A stretch of DNA of 64,000 bases from Bdellovibrionales bacterium (GTDB lineage: Bacteria > Bdellovibrionota > Bdellovibrionia > Bdellovibrionales > UBA1609), in assembly GCA_019695175.1 (NCBI GenBank), contig JAIBAM010000009.1:1235-65234 (forward strand), read 5' to 3'. Below are positions 10,530-20,601 of the stretch, piece after piece; the stretch's first letter is position 1, and the number at the start of each line of letters is the position of its first letter. A program made the translations under genes and the position numbers. Below the pieces are notes generated by a model. The model was given only the letters and a program-made list of their open reading frames with translations, ran no database searches and was not told the DNA's origin.

Positions 10530-12495
10530 AAACAATACATCCACAAAACAACAACAAACAAAATCATTCAAAAAAAATGGTCCTTTGCGTACAGGCGCCA
10601 TTGTACCCTCAATTATTTTGCTTGTAGTTTTTTGGGGATACTTTAAATTTTTTTTGGATCATAACCTACGCAGCCTCATGGAGTGGACCGGAACACTGAT
10701 CAATGGGGCTCAAGTGGATGTGGGTTATGTGAAAACCAGTTTTATTAAAGGCTCCTTTGAGTTGGGCTATTTACAAGTCACTGACAAAAACCAACCGCAA
10801 AGAAATATTTTACAAGTAAATAAAGTTCATTTTCAATTTTTATGGGATGCTTTACTTCGGGCCAAATTTGTCATCGCCGATGCCTCTATCACAAACATCC
10901 AAACCATGACCCCAAGAAAACACCCTGGGAAGGTACTTCCCCCAAGTCCGCCCAAAAAGGAATCTGGCCCCGGAATCGTAGAAGATGTCCAGACTTCAAT
11001 TATGAAACAAGCCGAGTCTCAATTTAGTAAAAACATTTTAGGTGATGCGGCTCATTTATTAGAAGGATCCGACCCCTCTGATTACTTAAAAAAAATTGAA
11101 GGGGAACTTAAAACTTCAGCCCAAATTAAAGTTCTTGAAGCAACACTCAAGGAAAAAGAAAAAATTTGGCAAGAACGAATTAAGAAACTACCTAAGAAAG
11201 AAGAGTTGGAGGCTTTAGGTCAAAAAGCCAAACAACTCAAATTTGACACAAAAAATCCCGTTGAATTTGCTAAATCTATTAAAGAAGCTGACAAGCTTTT
11301 AAAAGAAGCCGATCAGACCCTTCGCACCGTATCTGAAACCGGAAAAAATTTAAACTCAGATATAGAACTCTACTCCAAATCATTTAAGGATTTGGACCGA
11401 CTGATCCAAGAAGATCTAAACGATATAAAAAGTCGCTTAAAATTGCCGAAAATAGATGCAGCTGATTTTAGCAAAAGTATTTTTTTACATCTTTTTGCAC
11501 AAAAACTAGCTGGGGTTTGGAAGTATGTAGCCTTAGCAAAACAATATATGCCACCCGCTAAAACCACAAAAAAAGGCGAAACCACCTCTGCAGCCGATGA
11601 AACTTTTGTTCCTCCTAAACGTGGACAGGGAAAAACCTATCGCTTCCCGTTGGCAAAAGGCTACCCCTTGTTCCTACTTAAACACGCTGGAATCAGTTCC
11701 TCCTTTACAGAGTCTCAAACTGGAGAAAGCAACTACAGCGGTAATATTTCCGGCGAAATTAAAAACTATACCAGCGATCCTGAGCTTCTTGGTCTTCCTG
11801 CAACCATGCAAATTAAAGGGAACTTTCCAGGACAAGGAATCCAAGGTTTAGATCTTTTTGCCCAGTTTGATCACACAAAAATACCCGCTAAAGAAACCCT
11901 GAAAATAAAAGTCGAGTCCTACCCAGTCACTCGCCAAAGTTTTTCCGAAAGTACAGATTTAAATTTCACTATGGAGCAAGCCATAGGACAATTTCACCTT
12001 TTCGCCGAAATAGTTGATGGCAATGTGCAAGTTCAGTTAAATAATAGTTTTCAAAAGATCAAATATTTGATTGCAGCTAAAAACAAAATCCTACAAGAAA
12101 TTCTCACCAACATCATTAATGGAATCCCGATCATTAACGTAAATGCTCAGGCCAGTGGTCCATGGACCCAGCTCAACTTTAATCTTAACTCCAATCTGGG
12201 TGATGAACTCAGTCGTGGTCTTAAACAACAATTTCAAGCAAAGTTGGATGAGGCCAATGGTCGAATTAAAAAATTAATTGACTCCGTCGTTGGTAATCAA
12301 AAGGAAAAGCTCAATGCTAATTTCAGTAAAATTAAGGATCAAATGACAGGGGAACTTAATAAATCAAAAAATGACCTGGAAAAAGCCCAAAAAGATTTAC
12401 AGAAAAACGCCAAATCAACTGAAAAAAATAATGGCCTGAAAAACCTAGAACAACAAGGAAAAGACCTACTGAAAAAATTTAAATTTGGTGGATAA
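10507..12495 (+). CDS. large membrane-anchored protein with a Lys-rich coiled-coil C-terminus (AsmA-like/TIGR03545-like)
   Basis: 662 aa with an N-terminal TM (IVPSIILLVVFWGYF). Overlaps the upstream gene by 23 nt. C-terminal heptad-like K/E-rich region. Confidence 0.45.
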   Translation: MTNSTENKNNTSTKQQQTKSFKKNGPLRTGAIVPSIILLVVFWGYFKFFLDHNLRSLMEWTGTLINGAQVDVGYVKTSFIKGSFELGYLQVTDKNQPQRNILQVNKVHFQFLWDALLRAKFVIADASITNIQTMTPRKHPGKVLPPSPPKKESGPGIVEDVQTSIMKQAESQFSKNILGDAAHLLEGSDPSDYLKKIEGELKTSAQIKVLEATLKEKEKIWQERIKKLPKKEELEALGQKAKQLKFDTKNPVEFAKSIKEADKLLKEADQTLRTVSETGKNLNSDIELYSKSFKDLDRLIQEDLNDIKSRLKLPKIDAADFSKSIFLHLFAQKLAGVWKYVALAKQYMPPAKTTKKGETTSAADETFVPPKRGQGKTYRFPLAKGYPLFLLKHAGISSSFTESQTGESNYSGNISGEIKNYTSDPELLGLPATMQIKGNFPGQGIQGLDLFAQFDHTKIPAKETLKIKVESYPVTRQSFSESTDLNFTMEQAIGQFHLFAEIVDGNVQVQLNNSFQKIKYLIAAKNKILQEILTNIINGIPIINVNAQASGPWTQLNFNLNSNLGDELSRGLKQQFQAKLDEANGRIKKLIDSVVGNQKEKLNANFSKIKDQMTGELNKSKNDLEKAQKDLQKNAKSTEKNNGLKNLEQQGKDLLKKFKFGG

Positions 12496-12567
12496 ACGTT
12501 GTCCGTTTAGGGATATCACAATTGAACTTAACATATTGTTTTCCCTAAAAAAACCTAGTTTTAGCTT

Positions 12568-12617
12568 TAGCTTGTAGTGCATAGTATTTAACTAGCTTGT
12601 ATTGCATAGTATTTAAT
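12568..12617. repeat. tandem 25-bp direct repeat, two copies
   Basis: Copies are tagcttgtagtgcatagtatttaac and tagcttgtattgcatagtatttaat, with 2 mismatches. Located in the convergent intergenic region. Confidence 0.9.
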
Positions 12618-12685
12618 CTGACAAGAGCTCGACCGAGCCCATATCAGATAAATTAAATCATATCTACTGAACCTTTTTTGTATTC

Positions 12686-13270
12686 TTACTTTTGTTGTTC
12701 ATTGAGAATTTGGTGAAACATTTGTATGGCCGCAGGACTAAACCAGTCCTCAGATCCAGCCACCTTTCTTATGATCTTTAAATCTTTACCTAGTACGTAG
12801 GACTCCGGTAAAGCCTCTGTACCATATTCCTCTGCAACTTTTCTTTCTTTATCCCAAAGAATAACTACATTTGCTAGTGATTTACTTTTTATCCCACCGT
12901 AGGGCTTTAAAAAACTAATCAAATCTTCTTTAGTACGATCCGCAGAAACTGCTAATAAAATCACCCGTCCTTGAAAAAAATCTACCAGCTTAATCAGAGT
13001 TGGAAACTCTTCAATACAAGGGTCACACCATGAAGCCCAAAAGCTCAATATAACGATTTTATCTTTAAATGAAGTTAAGCTATAGGATTTTCCTTCTAAG
13101 TCAGTGAGCTGAAAGTCAGGAACACCATCTTTTTCCATGGTATTTAATTTTTGTGTTCCAACAGGGGGACGCATCCCAATTGTCAGAAAATCCGAGTATT
13201 TCCCCCATAACAACCACAAAGCGATTGTAATTATAAGAACGACTAAGGCCCCTCGAAAAAAATGTTTCAT
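12686..13270 (-). CDS. membrane-anchored TlpA/ResA-like thiol:disulfide oxidoreductase
   Basis: Thioredoxin-fold motif FWASWCDPC (C-x-x-C) and an N-terminal TM. Starts 33 nt downstream of rplQ on the same strand. Confidence 0.8.
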   Translation of the reverse strand: MKHFFRGALVVLIITIALWLLWGKYSDFLTIGMRPPVGTQKLNTMEKDGVPDFQLTDLEGKSYSLTSFKDKIVILSFWASWCDPCIEEFPTLIKLVDFFQGRVILLAVSADRTKEDLISFLKPYGGIKSKSLANVVILWDKERKVAEEYGTEALPESYVLGKDLKIIRKVAGSEDWFSPAAIQMFHQILNEQQK

Positions 13271-13303
13271 TTGATTGAGTCTAACAAATCAACCGTATTT
13301 AAC

Positions 13304-13816
13304 CTACTGTAAATTAGCTTTTCTTGAAGAAACTTTCATCATTCGTACTCTTTTTTTACTTTTTGCAACAACACGGGATCGTTTTATTTTTTGTTTTCGT
13401 AAGACTTTAACTTGGTCTTTAGACTCTGCAGCTTTATTTTTTTCAGTTGATGATGTTTTTTCAAAATCAACAAACTCAATATAAGCCATATCTGCATTAT
13501 CGCCAGGACGTGGCCCTAACTTCACAATACGGGTATAACCACCAGGTCTTTGTGAAAATCTCTTTGCAATATTATCCATAATCTTAGCAACAGTTTCTTC
13601 TTGCGGATATCGCGAAATTAAAAGTCTTCTGCTGTGCAAAGTGCCCTTTTTACCCAAGGTAATCGCTCTTTCCACATGCCTTCGTAACTCCTTCGCCTTT
13701 TCTACTGTAGTTTTTATTCTTTCACTTTCAACTAAAGCCATAACAAGACCTCTAATAAGGGCAATACGAGGACCTGTCTTTCGACCAAATGAGTGTTTTA
13801 CAGCATGGTGTCTCAT
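13304..13816 (-). CDS. rplQ: 50S ribosomal protein L17 with a Lys/Arg-rich C-terminal extension
   Basis: Starts MRHHAVKHSFGRKTGPR.... Sits in the conserved position after rpoA. 170 aa versus about 127 in E. coli. Confidence 0.95.
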   Translation of the reverse strand: MRHHAVKHSFGRKTGPRIALIRGLVMALVESERIKTTVEKAKELRRHVERAITLGKKGTLHSRRLLISRYPQEETVAKIMDNIAKRFSQRPGGYTRIVKLGPRPGDNADMAYIEFVDFEKTSSTEKNKAAESKDQVKVLRKQKIKRSRVVAKSKKRVRMMKVSSRKANLQ

Positions 13817-13845
13817 AATAAAAATACCTCTAAAAGTTTAATCAA

Positions 13846-14940
13846 TCAAATTGACGTGTTCGTAGTGGAGTTAGCAGCCCCATTTGCAGCAGAAACAGGT
13901 GAAGACTTAGGTGGATTATGATTGTTAGGATCCCATCCTTGAGGTGGCCATCCATCAATTTTCATCCCCAAATTCAAACCCATAGTAATCAAAATCTCTT
14001 TAATTTCATTCAAAGATTTTCTTCCAAAATTCTTAGTCTTAAGCATTTCCGCTTCACTTTTGGAGACCAACTCACCAATAAAACGAATGTTCGCATTCTT
14101 CAAGCAGTTAGCACTTCGCACAGAAAGCTCAAGATCATCAACAGATCTAAAAAGATGCTCATTTAAATTAGGAATTTTTCTTTCTTCACTATCAACAGAG
14201 GGTTCCATGGACTCATCAAAAGTTAAGAATATCTGCAGCTGCTCTTTTAATATTTTTGAGCCTAAAGCCACTGTTTCCTCTGGTCTTAAACTTCCATCAG
14301 TCCAAACCTCAAAAGTTAAAGAATCGTAGTCAGTTCTTTGACCAACTCGAGCATTGGAAACTGTAAAGTTAACCCTTTTTATAGGACTATAAAGTGCATC
14401 TACAGCAATCCATCCCACAGGTAGTTCCTTACTTCGACCTTCTGCTTCAACGAAACCCCTACCGTAGCTCACCTGCACTTCACATTCAAAGTTTGCTTCT
14501 TTTCCTAGGGTTGCGATATGTTGTTCCGGGTTTAAAACCTCCACACCATCAACCACTTGAATATCCCCAGCCGTTACAACGCCAGGCCCTTTTTTAGAAA
14601 TCTTCAAATTTCGAATTTCAGGGGTATACTGTTTAAATCGAACTAATTTTAAGTTCAAAATAATGTCGGTTACATCTTCCAAAACATCAGGAACTGTACT
14701 GAACTCATGTAAAACACTCTCAAACTTTACCGCAGAAACTGCAGAGCCCATCATCGAGCTCAATAATATACGTCGTAATGAATTCCCCAAAGTGACACCG
14801 TAGCCACGCTCGAGAGGTTTCAACACAAATTTTCCGTATTGATCACTAATTGTCTCTCGATCGACCTCAAACCCTTTTGGTCGGATCAACTCTCGCCAAA
14901 ATTTATAGTAATGTGGTTGCATAACTAATTGCTGTGCCAT
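13846..14940 (-). CDS. rpoA: DNA-directed RNA polymerase subunit alpha
   Basis: Contains [17 protein letters not shown] and the C-terminal-domain motif [12 protein letters not shown]. Has an extra ~30-aa C-terminal tail. Confidence 0.97.
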   Translation of the reverse strand: MAQQLVMQPHYYKFWRELIRPKGFEVDRETISDQYGKFVLKPLERGYGVTLGNSLRRILLSSMMGSAVSAVKFESVLHEFSTVPDVLEDVTDIILNLKLVRFKQYTPEIRNLKISKKGPGVVTAGDIQVVDGVEVLNPEQHIATLGKEANFECEVQVSYGRGFVEAEGRSKELPVGWIAVDALYSPIKRVNFTVSNARVGQRTDYDSLTFEVWTDGSLRPEETVALGSKILKEQLQIFLTFDESMEPSVDSEERKIPNLNEHLFRSVDDLELSVRSANCLKNANIRFIGELVSKSEAEMLKTKNFGRKSLNEIKEILITMGLNLGMKIDGWPPQGWDPNNHNPPKSSPVSAANGAANSTTNTSI

Positions 14941-15036
14941 TATCCATGTCTCCCAGTTAAGTAATAAACGAACTTCGTACCATTCGACATTAAAACAATA
15001 AATTCATCAGTCGGATATAAAAACTTAAGTATTTAA

Positions 15037-15453
15037 TTAAATTCTTCTTCTTTTCGGAGGTCGACAACCATTATGGGGAATGGGGGTTACATCTTTAAGA
15101 GATGTCACTCTCAACCCGCTGGTTGAAATAGCTCTTACTGCAGGCTCTCGACCCGCACCAGGCCCAGCTAGAAAAATATCAACCTGCTTCATTCCAGCCT
15201 CTACTGCTTTCTTAGAAGCATCCTCCGCTGCCATTTGTGCAGCGAAGGGAGTTCCCTTCCTACTTCCTTTAAAGCCCAACATTCCAGCCGAAGACCAACA
15301 AACCGTATTTCCGGACAAGTCAGTTATTGTAACAATAGTATTACCAAACCCTGCTTGAATATATATCTTACCAGTGGGTACTGTTTTCTTATTTTTCTTT
15401 TTTGCCTTTTTATCAGCACCCTGGCTTGCCTGCTGGTTACTTTGTTCAGCCAT
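15037..15453 (-). CDS. rpsK: 30S ribosomal protein S11
   Basis: Contains [16 protein letters not shown] and [12 protein letters not shown], in the conserved operon position. Confidence 0.96.
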   Translation of the reverse strand: MAEQSNQQASQGADKKAKKKNKKTVPTGKIYIQAGFGNTIVTITDLSGNTVCWSSAGMLGFKGSRKGTPFAAQMAAEDASKKAVEAGMKQVDIFLAGPGAGREPAVRAISTSGLRVTSLKDVTPIPHNGCRPPKRRRI

Positions 15454-15492
15454 TTTTTACCTCATTCATTCTTCAAATTGATTCAATTCAAA

Positions 15493-15867
15493 TTAAACTG
15501 TTTTCTTTTTATTTGCGATTGTCTTTCTTGGACCTTTACGAGTACGAGCATTATGTCTTGTACTTTGACCTCTTACAGGCAACCCCTTTTTGTGTCTTAA
15601 CCCTCTATAGCATCCAAGATCCATCAACCGTTTAATCGAAAGACCGATTTCACGACGTAGATCACCTTCGACTTTAAATTGTCCTTCAATAATTGAACGT
15701 AACTTAGCAAGATGCTCGTCAGTCAAACTATCAGTTCGCAAGCTCACATCAAAACCAGCTTCTGCTACTATGTCCTTTGCTCGAGTTTTACCAATTCCAT
15801 AAATGTACTGAAGTGCGACTTCAATTCTTTTATTTCTAGGTAAATCCACTCCAGAAATACGTGCCAT
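15493..15867 (-). CDS. rpsM: 30S ribosomal protein S13
   Basis: Starts [26 protein letters not shown]. Confidence 0.97.
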   Translation of the reverse strand: MARISGVDLPRNKRIEVALQYIYGIGKTRAKDIVAEAGFDVSLRTDSLTDEHLAKLRSIIEGQFKVEGDLRREIGLSIKRLMDLGCYRGLRHKKGLPVRGQSTRHNARTRKGPRKTIANKKKTV

Positions 15868-15870
15868 CTT

Positions 15871-15984
15871 TTAACCCTGCCTTTGCTTATGCTTGGGGTT
15901 TTCACAAATTACGCGAATAACTCCCCTTCGATTGATCACTTTACACTTTTTACAAATTTTCTTCACCGACGGTCTCACCTTCAT
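15871..15984 (-). CDS. rpmJ: 50S ribosomal protein L36
   Basis: Not in the ORF track. Manual translation gives [37 protein letters not shown] followed by a stop. GAGGTGGA SD upstream. Confidence 0.93.
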   Translation of the reverse strand: MKVRPSVKKICKKCKVINRRGVIRVICENPKHKQRQG

Positions 15985-16105
15985 AGTCCACCTCAATCAA
16001 GCGCTGATCGCTATTTCTTTCTTTCAAATTTAAAAATATTTAGTATTTATCACTACATAAAGATAAAACTTAAATTGGAGCCGAAAGACGCGAGGGCAGA
16101 AGCTA

Positions 16106-16774
16106 TCACCCACGAAATTCCAAGTCCAGATTTTTTTTTCTCATTACTTCTTCTATGCGCGCACTCACCTCGTTAGCTTCGCCAATACCATCCACAATCA
16201 TAAGTTTTCCAATCTTTTCATAATAAGCTTTAAGTGGTTTGGTGCTTTTTTCATATGTTTCCAATCTGGTCTTCACCACATCGGCACTATCATCAACTCT
16301 TTGTACCAAATCACCACCACATTTATCGCAAACACCGTTTTTTCGAGATGGTTTTGAAGTAACATGAAAGGTTTCACCACAGTTCTTGCAAACCCTACGA
16401 CCCGACAACCTATCAACTAAAGTCGCATAAGGAACCTCAAGAAAAACCGCAAGGGGAAGTTTAAATTTCAATTTATCCATTAACTTTTCCAAAGCTTCAG
16501 CTTGCAAAACAGTTCTTGGAAAACCATCGAGAACAAAAGACTGTTTTCCAAGTTTATGAAGTTCCTCTTCAACCATTGCAATGACTACAGCGTCTGGTAC
16601 AAGTACTCCCTTGTCCATGTACTGCTTAGCATCCAGCCCTAGTTTTGTTTGCGCCTTAATAGCATTCCTAAAAAGATCACCCGTACTTAGTTGCTTCATT
16701 GAAAGTCTTTCAACCATGAGAGCAGATTGAGTGCCTTTTCCCGCTCCAGGGGGACCGAAAAGCAGAATGTTCAA
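16106..16774 (-). CDS. adk: adenylate kinase with a Cys4 zinc lid
   Basis: NILLFGPPGAGKGTQ P-loop. Lid motif CKNCGETFH...CDKCGG. TTG start at 16774 preceded by GGAGGG, forming a TTGA overlap with the secY stop. Confidence 0.93.
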   Translation of the reverse strand: MNILLFGPPGAGKGTQSALMVERLSMKQLSTGDLFRNAIKAQTKLGLDAKQYMDKGVLVPDAVVIAMVEEELHKLGKQSFVLDGFPRTVLQAEALEKLMDKLKFKLPLAVFLEVPYATLVDRLSGRRVCKNCGETFHVTSKPSRKNGVCDKCGGDLVQRVDDSADVVKTRLETYEKSTKPLKAYYEKIGKLMIVDGIGEANEVSARIEEVMRKKNLDLEFRG

Positions 16775-18099
16775 TATTGCACCCTCCGTCCCCTCACTTT
16801 TGCACCCTTCATCATACCTTCGTAACGAGCTGTCAACAGATGGGATTGAATTTGCTGACTTGTATCCATCGCCACTCCCACCAAAATCAACAAGCTTGTA
16901 CCACCAAAATAAAATGGTGTATTCATTTGTTGTACAAGAATTGTAGGAAGAATACATATAGCGCTCAGATAGACACATCCTCCTACGGTCAAACGGTCCA
17001 AAACTCTTTTGATATACTCAGAAGTAGACTTTCCAGCTCTAATACCAGGAATAAATCCACCATGTTTTTTCAAGTTATCTGCTACTTCATCAGGATTAAA
17101 AACAATTTCTGTATAAAAGAAAGAGAAAAAGACTATAAGTCCCACGAACATTATCATGAAAAGTGGGGATGTGGAGGAAAACGACTGACTGAGTGTTTGT
17201 GCCCAAGGTGCTCGAATAAACTGAGCCACAAAAGAAGGAAACATAAGTAAGCTCGAAGCAAAAATGGGTGGGATGACATTAGAAAAATTTAACTTCAATG
17301 GCAGGTGACTTGTAAGTTGCTGACCCATCCCGGTCTGGGTAGGTGCCCGTTGCGAGTAGTGCACCGGTATTCTACGCTGACCCGCTTCTATAAAAACAAT
17401 TCCAGCAATAGCTGCCACCATCAAAGCAATGATGGCAATAGCAACCATACCATGCATTTCATTACTTTTCACAAGTTGCAAAAGGCGGGCTGCACCACTT
17501 GGAATGGACGCAGCAATATTCGCAAATATAATCATACTGGATCCATTACCAATTCCGCGTTCATTAATCTGCTCACCCAGCCACATAATAAAACAAGTTC
17601 CGGAAATGAGGGTTAATATCGCGACAAGACGAAAAGGCATAAATGGCCCAAATGAGGGTGTATTAACAAGAGGTAATCCAGTACTTCCAACTTCCGAGGC
17701 AAGCCAATTAGACAATGCGTAGCCCTGTACCAAAGCCAAAGCAACTGTTGCATATCTAGTGTACTGATTTATTTTTTTTCGACCCTGTTCACCCTCTTTT
17801 TTTAAAGCCTCTAGTGAAGGGATGGATGTTTGGAGTAATTGAAAGATAATCGAAGCCGAAATGTAGGGCATGATTCCCAAAGCAAAAACTGAAAACTGCT
17901 GAAGTGCACCGCCAGTAAATGTATTAAATAAACCGAATATTCCTTGGCTCTGTTTTTGAAAAAACTGCACTACTTGAGCCCCATCAACCCCAGGAACCGG
18001 AACATGAACTCCGATCCGGTAGATAATAACTATTCCTAGTGTAAATAATATCTTTTTCCTAAGCTCCTCTGGGAAGACAATGCCTGATGGTTGAGCCAC
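16771..18099 (-). CDS. secY: preprotein translocase subunit SecY
   Basis: 442 aa, polytopic, with FALGIMPYISASII and the conserved position after rplO. Confidence 0.97.
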   Translation of the reverse strand: MAQPSGIVFPEELRKKILFTLGIVIIYRIGVHVPVPGVDGAQVVQFFQKQSQGIFGLFNTFTGGALQQFSVFALGIMPYISASIIFQLLQTSIPSLEALKKEGEQGRKKINQYTRYATVALALVQGYALSNWLASEVGSTGLPLVNTPSFGPFMPFRLVAILTLISGTCFIMWLGEQINERGIGNGSSMIIFANIAASIPSGAARLLQLVKSNEMHGMVAIAIIALMVAAIAGIVFIEAGQRRIPVHYSQRAPTQTGMGQQLTSHLPLKLNFSNVIPPIFASSLLMFPSFVAQFIRAPWAQTLSQSFSSTSPLFMIMFVGLIVFFSFFYTEIVFNPDEVADNLKKHGGFIPGIRAGKSTSEYIKRVLDRLTVGGCVYLSAICILPTILVQQMNTPFYFGGTSLLILVGVAMDTSQQIQSHLLTARYEGMMKGAKVRGRRVQY

Positions 18100-18101
18100 T
18101 T

Positions 18102-18539
18102 TTATATAACCTCTACCTTTCCACCTGCTGCTTCAATTGCTAATTTGGCTTTTTCGCTAAATTTGTGAGCTTTCACATTCAAAGCTTTGTCAATTGAGCC
18201 ATTGGCAAGAATTTTTACTTTAGAATTCTTGCCAACAAATCCACTCTTTGCAAGAGTTTCTGGATTCACCTCAGCACTAAATTTTGACAACTGCATAAGA
18301 TTCACGATGTCATAAGAAATTCGAAAAGCTTCGTTTGAAAATCCAAACTTCGGATTCCGACGGGCAATAGGTGTCTGACCACCTTCAAACCCTCGACGAA
18401 TGGGAGCCCCTTTTCTGGCTTTTTGGCCTTTTCCACCTTTACCAGATGTTTGACCTTTTCCAGACCCTCTTCCGCGACCCAACAATTTAGCTCTTTTTGT
18501 CGAACCAAAAGCAGGTTTTAACAAAGATAATTTGCTCAT
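18102..18539 (-). CDS. rplO: 50S ribosomal protein L15
   Basis: Contains the Gly/Lys-rich stretch [22 protein letters not shown]. Confidence 0.95.
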   Translation of the reverse strand: MSKLSLLKPAFGSTKRAKLLGRGRGSGKGQTSGKGGKGQKARKGAPIRRGFEGGQTPIARRNPKFGFSNEAFRISYDIVNLMQLSKFSAEVNPETLAKSGFVGKNSKVKILANGSIDKALNVKAHKFSEKAKLAIEAAGGKVEVI

Positions 18540-18728
18540 TTAATTGCTCCCTACTTTAACTTCCAACAGATGCTGAACATTATGTATCTGTCCACGCATT
18601 GCCGGACTATCTTTGACTGTGACTATGTCGTTAATTCTTTTTAATCCAAGACAGCGTACTGCGTCTCTTTGCCTTTGGGTTGTTCCAATCAAGCTTCTTT
18701 TTAACTTAACTTGAAATGTTTTCTGCAT
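18540..18728 (-). CDS. rpmD: 50S ribosomal protein L30
   Basis: Starts MQKTFQVKLKRSLIG. I prefer the ATG at 18728 because an AAGGTGGA SD lies 4 nt upstream. The track start is GTG 18737. Confidence 0.92.
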   Translation of the reverse strand: MQKTFQVKLKRSLIGTTQRQRDAVRCLGLKRINDIVTVKDSPAMRGQIHNVQHLLEVKVGSN

Positions 18729-18755
18729 GACTTCCACCTTTTAATTTATCAAAGA

Positions 18756-19238
18756 CTACTCAGCTGCAATTTGGTTATGTTCAGTTTTAATGGCATCTGC
18801 AAGTAATTGCTGTAACCCATCAAAAGTCGCTCGAACTGCATTGTGAGCATTTCGCGTACCGACACATTTAGTAAGAATATCTTTAACACCGGCGGCCTCC
18901 AATACGGCTCGCACTGGACCTCCGGCAATAACTCCTGTGCCCGGTCCAGCAGGAAGCATAATCACCTTAGCCGCACCAAACTTTCCCACCACCTCATGGG
19001 GTATGGTTCTGCCGTCTTTTAAAGGCACAGACACAAACTCTTTTCGCGCTGATCGAGTGGCCTTACCTATGGCTTCAGGAACTTCCCCCGCCTTACCTGT
19101 ACCAAAACCCACATTGCCCGTACCCGTTCCAGCCACAACTAGAGCTGAAAAAGAAAACCTTCGTCCCCCTTTAACAACCTTTGCGACTCGATTGATAGCA
19201 ACTACTCTTTCTACAAAATCCTGTGACTGATTTTCCAC
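18756..19238 (-). CDS. rpsE: 30S ribosomal protein S5
   Basis: Contains [21 protein letters not shown]. Confidence 0.96.
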   Translation of the reverse strand: MENQSQDFVERVVAINRVAKVVKGGRRFSFSALVVAGTGTGNVGFGTGKAGEVPEAIGKATRSARKEFVSVPLKDGRTIPHEVVGKFGAAKVIMLPAGPGTGVIAGGPVRAVLEAAGVKDILTKCVGTRNAHNAVRATFDGLQQLLADAIKTEHNQIAAE

Positions 19239-19249
19239 TCATTAACTCC

Positions 19250-19624
19250 TTAAAAACTCAACCCAGCTTCGCGCGCACCTTCCGCCACAGCTTTTACTCT
19301 GCCGTGATAAACGTAGCCGCTACGATCAAAAACCACCTGTTTTATTTCCTTTTCCAAGGCCAATTTCGCCAAACTCGAACCAACCGCTTTTGCTTTTTCG
19401 GTTTTTTTCAAACCTTTAGTATCGTTTACAAGCGTCGATGTGGAAACAAGAGTTACACCCACCGAATCGTCAACCAACTGGGCGTATATGTGTTTAGCAC
19501 TTTTAAATACAGTCAATCTTGGACGAGCCGCAGTTCCTTCAACTTTTTTTCGAATTCTGGCTTTATTTTTACTGCGCTTATTTTTTTTTATTCCAGCTTT
19601 CTTTTTTAATTTAATACGAATCAC
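19250..19624 (-). CDS. rplR: 50S ribosomal protein L18
   Basis: Contains [20 protein letters not shown] and [13 protein letters not shown]. Confidence 0.95.
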   Translation of the reverse strand: MIRIKLKKKAGIKKNKRSKNKARIRKKVEGTAARPRLTVFKSAKHIYAQLVDDSVGVTLVSTSTLVNDTKGLKKTEKAKAVGSSLAKLALEKEIKQVVFDRSGYVYHGRVKAVAEGAREAGLSF

Positions 19625-19636
19625 AACACACCTCTA

Positions 19637-20179
19637 TTATTTGGACGCTGATTTCCCAGCTTTTCTTCGCAAAGTTTCATTAGCGTATTTAACACCTTTA
19701 CCTAAATAAGGCTCTGGTGGTCTAAAAGTTCTAATTTTTGCAGCCACTCGGCCAACTAACTCCCTATCAGGACCTGTAATCACAATCTTTGTTTGCTTCT
19801 CCACTGTAATTTCAACCCCCTGTGGAATAGGATAAACGATGGGGTGACTGTATCCTAAAGTGAGTTCCAGTTTACGACCGCTAACGGCCGCCCTGTAGCC
19901 CACACCATTAAGCTCCAACTCTCTACTCCAACCCTTGGTAACACCAATAACTGCATTCTGGATCAAAGCACGAAATAAACCATGATACGCTCTCGACTCC
20001 CTGTCGTCATCTGAACGAGTCAAGCTTACCTTTCCCTCTGAAACCACAGCTTTTATTTGAGGGCGAAGCTTAACAGCAATGCTATGCTTTGCACCTTTCA
20101 CACTCACTTCGTTAGAAGGAGCCACAGCTACTTGAACTGATTTATCAAAATAAACAACAGCCTTTCCTACACGAGACAT
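19637..20179 (-). CDS. rplF: 50S ribosomal protein L6
   Basis: Starts MSRVGKAVV and contains LNGVGYRA and GYSHPIVY. Confidence 0.96.
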   Translation of the reverse strand: MSRVGKAVVYFDKSVQVAVAPSNEVSVKGAKHSIAVKLRPQIKAVVSEGKVSLTRSDDDRESRAYHGLFRALIQNAVIGVTKGWSRELELNGVGYRAAVSGRKLELTLGYSHPIVYPIPQGVEITVEKQTKIVITGPDRELVGRVAAKIRTFRPPEPYLGKGVKYANETLRRKAGKSASK

Positions 20180-20186
20180 ATTTCAC

Positions 20187-20576
20187 CTACCAAAGTTTAC
20201 AAAGTAATTCGCCACCCAAATTTTCTGCTTTAGCTTTTGCTCCACTCATAATTCCCTTGTTAGTACTTAGAATGGTTACGCCGAAACCTGATCGCACAAC
20301 AGGAATCGTTTCTGACCCCACATAAACCCGTTTACCAGGACGACTGACACGCTCCAAAGATGTAATTACATGCTGTCCTTTACCATTATATTTTAAGTAC
20401 ACTCGCATAATTCCCTGGCGACCATCCTTTGCCACCTTGAAACTTCGAATATACCCTGCGTCCTGCAGTACTTGAGCTAAACCCACCCTTACGTTGGAGC
20501 TAGGCACATCAATTTTTTCATGTTTCGCTTGTCCAGCATTTCTGATTCTAGTTAAAAACTCACCAATTGTATCCAT
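20187..20576 (-). CDS. rpsH: 30S ribosomal protein S8
   Basis: Contains DTIGEFLTRIRNA and GVTILSTNKGIMS. Confidence 0.96.
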   Translation of the reverse strand: MDTIGEFLTRIRNAGQAKHEKIDVPSSNVRVGLAQVLQDAGYIRSFKVAKDGRQGIMRVYLKYNGKGQHVITSLERVSRPGKRVYVGSETIPVVRSGFGVTILSTNKGIMSGAKAKAENLGGELLCKLW

Positions 20577-20601
20577 TAAATTACACTCCTCAAAACATCA
20601 T

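Noticed and set aside
12509-12552. Two-tier hairpin TTTAGGGA...TCCCTAAA after the 662-aa protein gene, considered as a terminator
   Set aside because: The outer stem encloses a 27-nt loop and is followed by an A-run rather than a T-run on the relevant strand. It does not fit an intrinsic terminator.
15883-16176. 97-aa plus-strand ORF spanning the rpmJ-adk gap
   Set aside because: It overlaps rpmJ and adk in antisense. Its translation is low-complexity and no SD is present.
16775-16978. Long N-terminal extension of the adk ORF (track ORF 16106-16978), overlapping about 200 nt of secY
   Set aside because: The conserved adenylate kinase N-terminus (NILLFGPPGAGKGT) begins at TTG 16774. That codon has a GGAGGG SD and a TTGA overlap with the secY stop. 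The upstream part is the alternative frame of the secY 3' end.
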